DNA from: an uncultured delta proteobacterium
Lineage (GTDB): Bacteria > Desulfobacterota > Desulfobaccia > Desulfobaccales > Desulfobaccaceae
Assembly (NCBI GenBank): GCA_963780995.1
Contig: CAWAEI010000013.1
Coordinates: forward strand, 7,550 to 71,549
Length of the DNA stretch: 64,000 nt
Reading direction: 5' to 3'
Numbering within the stretch: the first letter of the stretch is position 1; every line of letters starts with the position of its first letter. This document shows, piece after piece, positions 43,295 to 53,074 of this stretch. The notes under the pieces are model-generated. The model worked only from the letters and a program-made list of their open reading frames with translations, was not told the DNA's origin and made no database searches. A program made the translations under genes and the position numbers.

Positions 43295-45136
43295 ATGACT
43301 TCGGAAAATAATGTTAACTTAACAGAAGAACAGGCGGCCAACGCTGCCCAAACAACCCCGCTGGCGGAGGAAGAACCAATAGAACTCGCCGCGGGCCTCG
43401 AATCGGAAAGCTCCGAGTTTGAGGACATGAAAGATATGGCCAACAGCTTTGATCAATTGCCTGACCTTTATGAAGAAAGCCTCAAGCAATACCAGGAAGG
43501 CGAAGTAGTAAGCGGACGTATTGTGGCAGTGGACAAGGACTATGTCATCGTCGACATCGGCTATAAATGCGAGGGCCATATCCCGATCCACGAATTTCTT
43601 GATCCTAATGGTGAGAACACGGCTATAGTGGGTGAGCAGGTGGATGTTCTCCTGGAGAGACGGGACGACGAAGAAGACGTCATCCTGCTTTCCAAAGAGA
43701 AAGCCTCGAAAATCAAGATCTGGGAAGAGATCAGTTCCTCCTATCAGCAGGATGGCGAGATCGAGGGCACTGTGGTGGCCAAGGTTAAAGGCGGGTTGTC
43801 CGTTGACCTGGGCGGCATGAGTGCTTTTTTACCTGGGTCTCAGGTGGATTTGCAGCCGGTGCGGAATATCGATAGTCTCATCGGCCAGACCTTCAAATTC
43901 AAGATCCTGAAATATAATAAGAAACGGCGTAACGTGGTTCTGTCCCGCCGGGTCATCATGGAAAAAGAGCGGACCGAACAGAAAACCGCCACCCTGGCAG
44001 GTCTGGAAGAGAGTAAAGTGGTCACCGGGATTGTTAAAAATATCACCGATTATGGGGTGTTCGTTGATTTAGGCGGTATTGACGGCCTCTTGCACGTCAC
44101 CGACATGTCCTGGGGACGTATCGGCCATCCTTCCGATGTCTTTCATGTCGGCGACTCCATCGAAGTAAAAATCTTAAGTTTTGATCGCGATAATGAAAAG
44201 GTGTCCCTCGGTTTGAAACAATTGTCCGAAGATCCCTGGCTGATCGCATCCCAAAAATATCCGGTGGGTGAACGGGTGCGGGGTAAAATCGTCAGTTTAA
44301 CCGATTATGGCGCCTTTGTGGAACTCGAACCAGGAGTGGAAGGTCTCATTCACGTTTCCGAAATGTCCTGGACCAAAAAAGTTCGTCATCCTTCCAAAAT
44401 CGTCACCGTCGGCGATGTGGTGGAGGCCGAAGTCCTGGATATCGACATTGAAAAGAAACGGATTTCCTTAAGCATGAAACATGTGGAGCCTAACCCGTGG
44501 GATATTATCGGTGAAAAATACCCGGAAGGCACCATCATTGAAGGAAAAATCAAGAATATCACTGATTTCGGTATTTTCATCGGCATTGATGAGGGTATTG
44601 ACGGGTTAGTGCACATCTCCGACATTTCCTGGACCAAGAGGATCAAACATCCTTCCGAAATTTTCAAGAAAGGCCAGGAAGTGCAGGCCAAAGTGCTCAA
44701 AATCGATAAGGACAACGAGCGTTTTTCCCTGGGCATCAAACAATTGGCCGACGACCCCTGGAAAACTATTGACCAGAGATACCCCTCGGGTAAATCGATC
44801 TCCGGCCTGGTCACCAACAAAACCGACTTCGGGGTGTTCATCGAACTGGAGGAGGGCATTGAGGGACTCATCCATGTTTCGGAGCTGAGCCGGGATAAAA
44901 ATAAGCCGGTGCAGATAGAAGTGGGTGACATGGTTACCGCCAAAGTGATCAACGTTTCTCCCAAAGACCGGAAAATCGGCTTGAGCATTCGGAAATTGGA
45001 AACCGACCAGGAACAGTCGGTCTATCGTGATTACCTCCACTCCCGCAAGGAAGCCACGACACCTTTAGGTGAGCTGCTCCAGGAGAGGTTGGAGGAAAGC
45101 GAATTGCTGAAGCAGGAAGAAGAAGATAAGGACTAA
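43295..45136 (+). CDS. rpsA: 30S ribosomal protein S1
   Basis: Repeated S1 domains (DYGVFVDL...GLLHV). Confidence 0.97.
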   Translation: MTSENNVNLTEEQAANAAQTTPLAEEEPIELAAGLESESSEFEDMKDMANSFDQLPDLYEESLKQYQEGEVVSGRIVAVDKDYVIVDIGYKCEGHIPIHEFLDPNGENTAIVGEQVDVLLERRDDEEDVILLSKEKASKIKIWEEISSSYQQDGEIEGTVVAKVKGGLSVDLGGMSAFLPGSQVDLQPVRNIDSLIGQTFKFKILKYNKKRRNVVLSRRVIMEKERTEQKTATLAGLEESKVVTGIVKNITDYGVFVDLGGIDGLLHVTDMSWGRIGHPSDVFHVGDSIEVKILSFDRDNEKVSLGLKQLSEDPWLIASQKYPVGERVRGKIVSLTDYGAFVELEPGVEGLIHVSEMSWTKKVRHPSKIVTVGDVVEAEVLDIDIEKKRISLSMKHVEPNPWDIIGEKYPEGTIIEGKIKNITDFGIFIGIDEGIDGLVHISDISWTKRIKHPSEIFKKGQEVQAKVLKIDKDNERFSLGIKQLADDPWKTIDQRYPSGKSISGLVTNKTDFGVFIELEEGIEGLIHVSELSRDKNKPVQIEVGDMVTAKVINVSPKDRKIGLSIRKLETDQEQSVYRDYLHSRKEATTPLGELLQERLEESELLKQEEEDKD

Positions 45137-45154
45137 CTAACCAGGTTCACTGCC

Positions 45155-46045
45155 ATGGCCAAACGTTCTCCGCTAGTCGTATTCTTGATGCTCGGCGCCA
45201 TTATGGCTTTTTTCATCGGCGTCGCCCTGCTCAGCTTGCCTATGACTGGGAAACAGGGGTTTTTGGCCAAAAGCAATAAGGTGGGGGTGGTGGAGGTGGC
45301 CGGTGTCATCACCGATGCCAAGGCCACCCTCAATCATCTTAAAAAATTCAGGGATAGCGAGGCCATTAAGGCCATCGTCATGCGAATCAACTCTCCGGGG
45401 GGGGCGGTGGGGCCATCCCAGGAAATTTTGGAAGAAATCATAAAAACGCGCCTGAAAAAAAAGGTGGTGGCTTCCTTGGGGACCGTAGCGGCTTCAGGGG
45501 GATACTACATCGCCTCGGGAGCGGATATCATCATGGCCAACCCCGGCACCCTGACCGGCAGCATCGGCGTTATTATGAATTTCACCAACGTCGAAAAACT
45601 CACCCAAAAACTGGGTATTGATCTGTTCAATCTTCATTCCGGCAAATTTAAAGACGTGGGTTCACCCACCCGGACCATGACCCCGGCAGAAAGAGAATAT
45701 CTTCAGAAACTCCTGGACAACGTTCATGAACAGTTTATTGTGGACGTGGCCCGGGGCAGGCACATGTTGGCCCACAAGGTGCGGGAAGTGGCCGATGGCC
45801 GCGTCTTCACCGGTGAAATAGCCAAAAAACTGGGATTGGTGGACCAGCTGGGCAATCTCCCGGACGCCATCGACCTGGCCGGCCGGTTGGGCGGCATTAA
45901 GGGCAAAGTTGACGCCGTTTACCTCCCCAAAGAAAAAATATCCATCCTCAGCCTGCTTTTGGGTAATGATCCAGAAGAAATCCTGAAAAGCTGGCTCGGC
46001 TCAGCCGCGGCCGTACCGGCCTATCTTTTCGCTCCCGGCCGTTAA
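45155..46045 (+). CDS. sppA: Signal peptide peptidase SppA (36K type)
   Basis: RINSPGG, AASGGYY, GSIGV and GKFKD. Confidence 0.93.
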   Translation: MAKRSPLVVFLMLGAIMAFFIGVALLSLPMTGKQGFLAKSNKVGVVEVAGVITDAKATLNHLKKFRDSEAIKAIVMRINSPGGAVGPSQEILEEIIKTRLKKKVVASLGTVAASGGYYIASGADIIMANPGTLTGSIGVIMNFTNVEKLTQKLGIDLFNLHSGKFKDVGSPTRTMTPAEREYLQKLLDNVHEQFIVDVARGRHMLAHKVREVADGRVFTGEIAKKLGLVDQLGNLPDAIDLAGRLGGIKGKVDAVYLPKEKISILSLLLGNDPEEILKSWLGSAAAVPAYLFAPGR

Positions 46046-46049
46046 GGCC

Positions 46050-46658
46050 TCAAATAAAATCGCTTACCTGCCCCTTACCTTCCCTGATAACTTCAGGTTC
46101 ATCCCCGATCAACGATATGACGCTGGAAGGCGCCGGCGCCATAATGCCCCCATCGATCACCAGGTCCAGGGGCGGTTTGTAGTATTCAGCAATATCATAA
46201 GGATCGCTCATGACCGTCCCGTCGTCCCGGCTGGCGCTGGTACTGATGATGGGGTGGCCCAAAAGGTTCACCAGTCCTAGACAGATAGCGTTATCCGGGA
46301 CTCTGAGGCCCGCGGTTTTCCGGCGGGTCAACATGATTTTGGGAACCAGGCGGGAGCCTTCCAAAATAAAGGTATAGGGGCCGGGGAGCAAACGCCGCAT
46401 GGTCTTGTAGGCGAAGTTGGAAACCTTGGCATATTCGCTGATGTTTTTCAGATCACCACAGATGAAGCTGAACGGCTTGGCCAAGGGGCGCTTTTTGAGT
46501 TGGTAGATCTTTTCGATGGCCTTTTTATTGAGTAAATCACAGCCGATACCGTAGCAGGTGTCGGTGGGATAAGCGATTATACCGCCCTCGGCCAATACCT
46601 GCACCACCCGGCGGAGGAGGCGCTCCTGGGGATTGTCTGGATTAATGCGGACTATGAT
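46050..46658 (-). CDS. Sua5/YciO/YrdC family (threonylcarbamoyl-AMP synthase-like); probable ATC start at 46658
   Basis: INPDNPQER, AYPTDTCYG, LLPGPYT and STSA. Confidence 0.9.
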   Translation of the reverse strand: MIVRINPDNPQERLLRRVVQVLAEGGIIAYPTDTCYGIGCDLLNKKAIEKIYQLKKRPLAKPFSFICGDLKNISEYAKVSNFAYKTMRRLLPGPYTFILEGSRLVPKIMLTRRKTAGLRVPDNAICLGLVNLLGHPIISTSASRDDGTVMSDPYDIAEYYKPPLDLVIDGGIMAPAPSSVISLIGDEPEVIREGKGQVSDFI

Positions 46659-46697
46659 AACGGAGTCTCCTTACCTAAGTGAAGTTCTGAGGCCAAA

Positions 46698-46980
46698 AGG
46701 CGGGATGCGCTTCACTTTCCCGCCCTACGGATACTGAGTCCTGAGTGCTGAGGACTGATTAAAAGAAAAGACAATCCCAACTCATACTCCCACTCGAAGG
46801 AAGAGGGGAGAATAAAGGACAAAAGAGCCATGATGAGAAATCACCACGACGCATGAGAATACTGGCCAAAAGGCGGGATGCGCTTGGGCTTCGCCGCCCT
46901 GCGGGTGCTTTCCCGCCCTACGGATACAGGCTGTCTTATTCACCCCGCACCATTTCCCGCTCCCCTCGAGGGGGAGGGAA
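46698..46980. repeat. Cluster of GTAG-type REPs and a CCCCTC hairpin
   Basis: GGCGGGATGCGC...TTTCCCGCCCTAC at 46698-46728 and 46872-46921; hairpin at 46944-46980. Confidence 0.75.
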
Positions 46981-47029
46981 TTAAGGATAAATTTTTGGGG
47001 CAAGTATTATATGTGGCTCCCCGGTTTTC

Positions 47030-48511
47030 CTACGGATGCTGCTTTTTCGGGGCCTTGACTTTGGACTTGGGCGCAACCGGTTTCGTCTTGGTCGCGGCAG
47101 GTTTGGTCTGGGCCGCAGCCGGGGCCACAGAGGCCAACTGCCGGTTCACCTGATCCTTAAGCCAATGGGGATCCCACCACTCGAGGGGATTGACAAATTT
47201 ACCCTGCACCAGGATGGAGAAGTGCAAGTGATCGCCTCCGGCCATGCCGGTGGCCCCGGTGTTGCCCAAGATGCTGCCTTTATTAATTTTTTGCCCTTTT
47301 TCCACTTTGATTTCACTTAAATGGCTGTACAGGCTGAACAACCCCCAGCCATGATCCAGAATTACCGACTGCCCATAAATTCCCAGGGGGCCGGTGAACA
47401 CTACCAGGCCGTTATTGGCCGCCGGCACCGCGGCTCTTTCCAGAGAGGCCAAATCCTGGCCCAGATGCACCTGTTTATCGATCTCCCGACCATTATAAAG
47501 GTAACTGCGATGATCGGCAAAGCTGGCCATGGGCTTGCTGTTCGGCAACCGCATAAAAGCCCCCTGCCAGAGCTGCTCCGGCTGGCTCCGGCCGCAGACT
47601 TCCTGAATCAGCCGGGCGTTTTTGCCCCGCTCGTCCTGGTTGACCCGCAAAAAAACCTCCAGCGGGGTGGCAAGGTTCTTCAATTCCGGGTTCATTTCTT
47701 GAAATTCGGGCATCTTCTTATTCAGAAAATCATCCCCGATTTTAATTTTATCGGCCTTCCAGCGTTTGGGTTTGAGGCGGTAGAGCAATTTGGTCCGGGC
47801 TTCGGCGCCTCCCTGGTCCACGGCCAGCAATTCCAAGGTCAGGGGCTGGGGCAGATCATAGGGAACGGCAAAAAAAGCCAAATATTTTCCTGACTCACCG
47901 TCTTTGATGGGAAAACCCGAAAAAAACTCGCCATTGACCACAATACCACTTTTAGCCATGGGCTTGTTCACCTGATAGGTGACCAGGCCGGTGCCGCCCT
48001 GGATGAGGAATTCATTGATGGAGGTAAAAGTCAGCCGCAACGGCGTCAGATCGATGGTAACGTTACGGACGAGTTCGGCCTGATTGCCTCGGAGCCAACC
48101 CATCCAGGAAAAATCCCGGGCTTCAACAACCAGATCAGCGGGGCCGTCCTGAAAGCCCCAGGCCTTGGGCTCCACGGTCAGGGGTAGTTCCACCGCTCGC
48201 TCGCGGCCGCCCCGGCCCCAGCGGCGGCCAGGGAAAGTTTGGGAGATAATTTCTTTTTGGCTACTTCCCTGGCGCAGCCAGACCTTTACCCGGCTGAGAC
48301 CACTGTTGGCATCACTGACGTTCAGGGTGAAGGCTTGCCTGGCGCCCAGCAGCTTGGCTTCGGGCCGAAGCTGAATTTCCGGGGAGGTCAGATCAAACCA
48401 GGTGCCGGTCAGCCAGACGGCCCCGGCGATCAGGGCTAAGCCGACCACGGCCAAAAAAAGATAACTGGAAAGGTAACTGCCCCACTTGCCGAAGACTTTT
48501 TTCCTGCTAAT
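47030..48511 (-). CDS. M23 family metallopeptidase with N-terminal TM anchor; probable ATT start at 48511
   Basis: HLGQD, YSHL and HLHF motifs; Lys/Pro/Ala-rich tail. Confidence 0.9.
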   Translation of the reverse strand: MSRKKVFGKWGSYLSSYLFLAVVGLALIAGAVWLTGTWFDLTSPEIQLRPEAKLLGARQAFTLNVSDANSGLSRVKVWLRQGSSQKEIISQTFPGRRWGRGGRERAVELPLTVEPKAWGFQDGPADLVVEARDFSWMGWLRGNQAELVRNVTIDLTPLRLTFTSINEFLIQGGTGLVTYQVNKPMAKSGIVVNGEFFSGFPIKDGESGKYLAFFAVPYDLPQPLTLELLAVDQGGAEARTKLLYRLKPKRWKADKIKIGDDFLNKKMPEFQEMNPELKNLATPLEVFLRVNQDERGKNARLIQEVCGRSQPEQLWQGAFMRLPNSKPMASFADHRSYLYNGREIDKQVHLGQDLASLERAAVPAANNGLVVFTGPLGIYGQSVILDHGWGLFSLYSHLSEIKVEKGQKINKGSILGNTGATGMAGGDHLHFSILVQGKFVNPLEWWDPHWLKDQVNRQLASVAPAAAQTKPAATKTKPVAPKSKVKAPKKQHP

Positions 48512-48714
48512 GACTGTACCCTCCTTTTAATAATCTTTCTTATGCTACCAGGGATCAGGGTTTCCCGCAAGAGTACAGCCGATTTCCAGGCCCACAGGAG
48601 AGCCGACGGAGAGCCGGGACCCGGAGGGAATTTATAAGGCAGGCTGCAGGCAGCGGTCAGCTAAAATTCCATTAGGGGCCAAGGAAACCGGGAAATTAAC
48701 AATATTTCTGAAAA

Positions 48715-49740
48715 TTAGTTAACATATTGATATATTTAAATAATAAAGTATGTCAGGAACATTTTTCCCGGTAATTTCCCGCTTATTTCCCACTTCGGGT
48801 CAACCTTTGCCACAAGCTGGCGGGTTGAAAGCGCGAAATTTGCGCGTCTTTTTTTTGGTGCGGCATATCAGATTGATTTTCTTTAACATTATTATTTTGT
48901 CGCGTGGTTTTTCGCGCTAATTTTCGCGCTAATTTCGCGCTGGATTTTCGGAGCCGCGGCCGGCGGTTCCGCAACAGCCTCTGCTGGCGGGGCCGGGGCG
49001 GCGGCCGGCTCCGGGCAGGGGGCGAGGAGGTTTAGGGCCAGGGCCTGGCGGTTGCCGGACAAGGCCTGGAGAGAGCCGGCCAGGAGGCTGTCGGTCATGT
49101 TCCATTGATTCGAGGTCAGGAGGCAGTAAATCAGATCCTCACCCAGATGCAGATCCATTTTGAGCAGGAGTTGAATCATGCGGGTGACTTCCCGGGAGGA
49201 CTGGAGGAGCATCTTGACGTTGCCCTCGGCGCTGGCGGCTCGGACGGCCTGCAGGACCAGTTCCAGGACGATGTTGAGTTTGCAGGCCAGGCCCTGGTGC
49301 AGGTGTTCCTGGAGCTGTTTTTGGGCCCGGGCGATTTTTTGCTGCAGGTGTTGCTGGTGGTGCTGGAGAGCGGCGAGGCTGAAGCCGTATTTTTGGTGGA
49401 GGGAGGCCAGGGAGGCGCCCGCCAGGAGGGCGCGATCGAGTTCTTTGACTTGATTGTACTTACAAATGGTACACATGCGAGAGACTCCTTTTTTGAGTGG
49501 TTAGTTTCGGGTGAAAAGCTGACCAAAAGGCGATCAGTTATCAGCGTAGCGAGCAGATAAAGGCAGTTTTCAAATGTTTTTTTCTATGTGCCTAAAGGGG
49601 CACAGACGACGTGCGCTACGAAAAGAAGCTGTCACTGCAGAAGCAGCTAAAAGAAAAATACCTGGGGCTGCTGAGATTAGTTTTTATCAGAAGTTGGGAG
49701 AAAAAAGACAGCACAGCTGGGACAGATGTCGCAAAAACGG
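48715..49740 (-). mobile_element. Candidate ORF-carrying copy of an uncharacterised interspersed element
   Basis: Left motif GCGACATCTGTCCCAGCTGTGCTGTCTTTTTT, then ORF, AGCGCGAAA repeats x3, AT-rich spacer, GGGAAA repeats x3 and TATCAATATGTTA; the same motifs occur at 31025-31900. Confidence 0.45.
48892..49476 (-). CDS. Hypothetical protein with N-terminal CxxC...HxxxH / HTH-like region
   Basis: GGAG RBS; MCTICK...ELDRALLAGASLASLHQKYGFSLAALQHHQQH; helical middle and Ala/Pro-rich tail. Confidence 0.72.
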   Translation of the reverse strand: MCTICKYNQVKELDRALLAGASLASLHQKYGFSLAALQHHQQHLQQKIARAQKQLQEHLHQGLACKLNIVLELVLQAVRAASAEGNVKMLLQSSREVTRMIQLLLKMDLHLGEDLIYCLLTSNQWNMTDSLLAGSLQALSGNRQALALNLLAPCPEPAAAPAPPAEAVAEPPAAAPKIQREISAKISAKNHATK

Positions 49741-49825
49741 GGAAGAGGGAAAAGGGATCGCTGAGATCTAGATCACACGACGGCTAGAGATTAACAGGGG
49801 GGCACGGCAGCAGTGGCGGGGTGGC

Positions 49826-50978
49826 TTAAATATAGCGGCGCAGCAGTTCCAGGGTGAAGGCGTCGACGTTGTCGGGGGTGATGCCGTTTTCCTGGCAGAC
49901 CTGGGCGACGTGGCGGGAGCGGACCGGGTCGTCCAGGTCGCGGAGACGGGAGAAATAGCCCAGGCGGCGGCCCAGTCGGTACAGAGTGCGTTGGCTTGGC
50001 GACAGGGTCCAGTAGCGGTGGAAAACTTCCAGCATCTGGGGTTTGTCCTGGGGCAGGCGGCCTTCGACTTCGGGGAGCAGATTGACGATGTGATCGTTGG
50101 TCACGGTGCTGGTGATACCGGTGAGAGATTCCAGGAAAAGCTGGAGTTCCCGGAGCACGAGTTCGTCCGAGGGCACAGGGAAAGTGCCGGTTTGGGCGTC
50201 GGCGGTCAGGGGTGCGGACGGCGGCAGGGCCAGGGAGCGGATGCGGATGAAATCGGGGTTGATCTGATTGAGGGCCAGGGCGGTCTGCCGGGCGTTTTCT
50301 TCCCAGAGGTCGGCGCCGCCGAGTCCGGGCATGTAGTATTCCGACAGCTCCATCCCCGCCTGTTTGAGTTTGACGCCGGCGGTGATCTGCTGGGCCTGGG
50401 TGGTCCCCTTCCGGGTCGCCTGCAGGACCTGATCGGAGCCGGACTCCAGGCCGATGTGGACCCGGGAGAGCCCGGCCTGGCGCAGTTCCCGGAGGGCCTC
50501 CAGAGGCAGCCGGGCCGCGGTGCTGGAGCGGGCATAACAGGTAACCCGCTGCACCTGGGGGAACCGCTGGTGCAGATGGTTCAGGATGGCCAGCAGATCC
50601 TCGGGTTTAACGATGAGGACGTTGGCATCCTGTAAAAAGACGTTCTGGGCTCCGTGCCGGAGCCAATGCCAGGCCGCGGCCAGGGCCGCGGGGTCCAGTT
50701 CCCGCCCGGCCAGGGCGGTCTGAATTTGGGCAAAGGTCAGACCGCCCTGGTCCCGGCGGAATTTCCCGAATGGCCGCAACGGCAGCGTGCACGGCGTCCA
50801 GGTCTCGCTGGAGGTGGTCAGGCGGCCGCCGGGAGAAGCTCCGGTCTTTATAGACCGGGCAAAAGGTGCAGTGGTTCCAGGAGCAGTTGCGCATGACCCG
50901 GAGCAGCAGGCTGGCAGCCTCGCTGGGCGGCCGGATGGGGCCTTGTTCAAAGCCCTGGTAGGTATCAATGTCGGTCAT
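49826..50978 (-). CDS. Radical SAM protein (frameshift near 50765)
   Basis: EQGPIRPPSEA, CSWNHCTFC, FLQDAN, IGLESG and YYMPGLGG. Confidence 0.88.
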
Positions 50979-51002
50979 AGGCCTGAGCCGAAAGTTCACA
51001 TA

Positions 51003-51052
51003 AGGCGGGAGGCGCTTGGGCTTCGCCGCCCTGCGGGTGCTTTCCCGCCCTA
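51003..51052. repeat. GTAG-type REP, near-identical to 46872-46921
   Basis: GGCGGGAGGCGCTTGGGCTTCGCCGCCCTGCGGGTGCTTTCCCGCCCTAC. Confidence 0.8.
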
Positions 51053-51155
51053 CGTCTTCTCATACAGGTAATGTCAGACTCAGTCATTTTTACTTGATAA
51101 CCAGTTTCTCAGAGCAACCAGTTTTTCAGAGTAGATGTTTTAAACCGCTTATGAC

Positions 51156-51593
51156 CTAAATCTTCTTGTCTTTTTCCAGGTCTTGATCCACCTGCTTCAA
51201 GGTTTCATCCAGGTTGGATTTCAGGTCCTCCCAGGCCTTGCCGGCCGCACCTTTGCACTCTTCCAGTTGTTTCTTGATAACGCCTTGTTTTTCCTGCAAT
51301 TGTTTGACGGCAGCCTGAAGTTTTGCCTTCATCTCCGGGGTGGCTTTTTCGGCTTCGGCCTGGAGTTCGTCGATCTTTTTATTCAGGCCTTGCAGGCGGC
51401 CGTCAAATTCCTGGAGGAATTTGTCTTTTTGCTGCTGCAGGTAGTCTTTGGCAGTGTCCAATAATTTACCGGCTTGTTCTTGCAGTTGGTCCTTGGTCAC
51501 CTCTTTGGGTTTGGGGGGCTCTTCTTTGCCGCAACCGCTCAGGCCGAAACCGACCAGCAGGGCCAGGGCCAGAATCCAGATAGTTTTTTTCAT
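51156..51593 (-). CDS. Coiled-coil lipoprotein
   Basis: Lipobox LSGC, followed by a Lys/Glu-rich amphipathic helix. Confidence 0.8.
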   Translation of the reverse strand: MKKTIWILALALLVGFGLSGCGKEEPPKPKEVTKDQLQEQAGKLLDTAKDYLQQQKDKFLQEFDGRLQGLNKKIDELQAEAEKATPEMKAKLQAAVKQLQEKQGVIKKQLEECKGAAGKAWEDLKSNLDETLKQVDQDLEKDKKI

Positions 51594-51617
51594 GGGAAAT
51601 CTCCTGAGTTAGCAATT

Positions 51618-51815
51618 ATAGGGTGGCGAAGCTGGAGCTTCGCAGGGATGGGTACGTTCCCAAGCTGGCGCTTTGGGAACGAGGTTGAAAAATATTTTGT
51701 GTCCGCAAGGCGGGAGGCGCGGCGCTTTCCCGCTCTACATGCCAGCCTCTTAGAAAAGGGTTGCCAAGCTGAGCTTGGCGCTGAAATTGGGTTCCCAAGT
51801 ACAACTTGGGAACCA
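51618..51815. repeat. Mosaic of REP/CCCAAG-family hairpins
   Basis: GCGAAGCTGGAGCTTCGC, GTTCCCAAGC..TTTGGGAAC, GGCGGGAGG..TTTCCCGCTCTAC, GCCAAGCTGAGCTTGGC and GTTCCCAAGTACAACTTGGGAAC. Confidence 0.7.
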
Positions 51816-51901
51816 GAAAAAATAGCGTCCCCTAGAACGAGGGGGCTAAAGGGCCGGGAAACCCCGCCTCTGCGGGAGAAACTTTTAAGGCCAGGTGTAT
51901 G

Positions 51902-52619
51902 TTAGCTGTTGATCAGGGCGATCATCTCACGGACGGCTCTTTCCAGGCCGACCAGGACGGCCCGGGAAATGATGCTGTGGCCGATGCTGTATTCCTCGAA
52001 TTCCCGCCGCCCGCGAAAGCGTTTGATATTGCGATAGTCGAGACCGTGACCGGCCTTGACTTTAAGCCCTAATTGCCGGGCATGGGCGGCGGCGGCCAAC
52101 AACTCCTCAAAAAGCTGCTGGGCCTGGCTTTCTGAAGGCGGCTTCAGCATAGGAACCGGTGTGGAGTTCGACGCAATCGGCGCCGACGGCAGCCGCGGCC
52201 TGTATTTGGTCGGCCCGGGGATCGACGAAAAGACTGACAAAAATACCGGCTTCCTTGAGGCGGCTCACTGCTTCCCGGAAATGGTTGTCGTGGCCGGCCA
52301 CATCCAAACCGCCCTCAGTGGTAAGCTCGGCCCTTTTTTCGGGCACCAGGGTGACAACATGAGGTTTGACGTCCAGGGCAATGCCGATCATTTCCGCGGT
52401 GGCGGCCATTTCCAGATTCAGCCGGGTTTTGATGGTCTGGCGCAAAAGGATCAGGTCCCGGTCCTGAATATGGCGACGGTCCTCCCGCAGGTGCATGATG
52501 ATGCCGTCGGCGCCGGCTAATTCCGCCAGAGCCGCGGCGGTTACCGGGTCCGGTTCATTTATTAAGCGGGCCTGGCGCAGGGTTGCCACATGATCCACAT
52601 TCACTTCAAGTTTGGCCAC
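51902..52619 (-). CDS. pdxJ: Pyridoxine 5'-phosphate synthase (frameshift near 52135)
   Basis: [36 protein letters not shown] and IGHSII. Confidence 0.93.
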
Positions 52620-53074
52620 GCAATTTCCTCCTCTAATTCCGGATGCAAAAGTCGAAAAAGCTCCTGGCTCCTGGCGGCCATGCGACGGGCCTCGGCCTCG
52701 GTGGTTTCATGGTCATAGCCCAGGAGGTGAAGAATGCCGTGAATAAGGTAGAGATCAAGGAGCTCGAGAAATTTCCAACCATGCTGCCGGGCCTGACGGC
52801 GGGTAGTTTCCAGGGAGATAATCACGTCGCCCAGAATCTGGGATTGAATTTCCGGGAAAGGACCTCCCTGCAAGGGCAGCGCGATGACATTGGTGGAACC
52901 CCGCCGCTGCATGATAGTATGGTTAAGGACTGCCATGGCCGGGTCATTTACCAGAGTCAGGCTCAATTCGGCATCAGGACAGCCCAAGTCTTTTAAGATC
53001 CTCGCGGCTTTTTTCCTGATCTTTGACAGGTCGAGGCGAATCTTTCTCTGGCGATTGTTTATCCAAATCTTCAA
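52601..53074 (-). CDS. ybeY: rRNA maturation RNase YbeY
   Basis: LGDVIIS and [11 protein letters not shown]. Confidence 0.92.
   Translation of the reverse strand: MKIWINNRQRKIRLDLSKIRKKAARILKDLGCPDAELSLTLVNDPAMAVLNHTIMQRRGSTNVIALPLQGGPFPEIQSQILGDVIISLETTRRQARQHGWKFLELLDLYLIHGILHLLGYDHETTEAEARRMAARSQELFRLLHPELEEEIAWPNLK

Noticed and set aside
46733-46758. Heptamer tandem repeats (CTGAGTC-like; also TTCAAAG at 22727)
   Set aside because: Only 3-4 imperfect units next to REPs; too little to assign a function.
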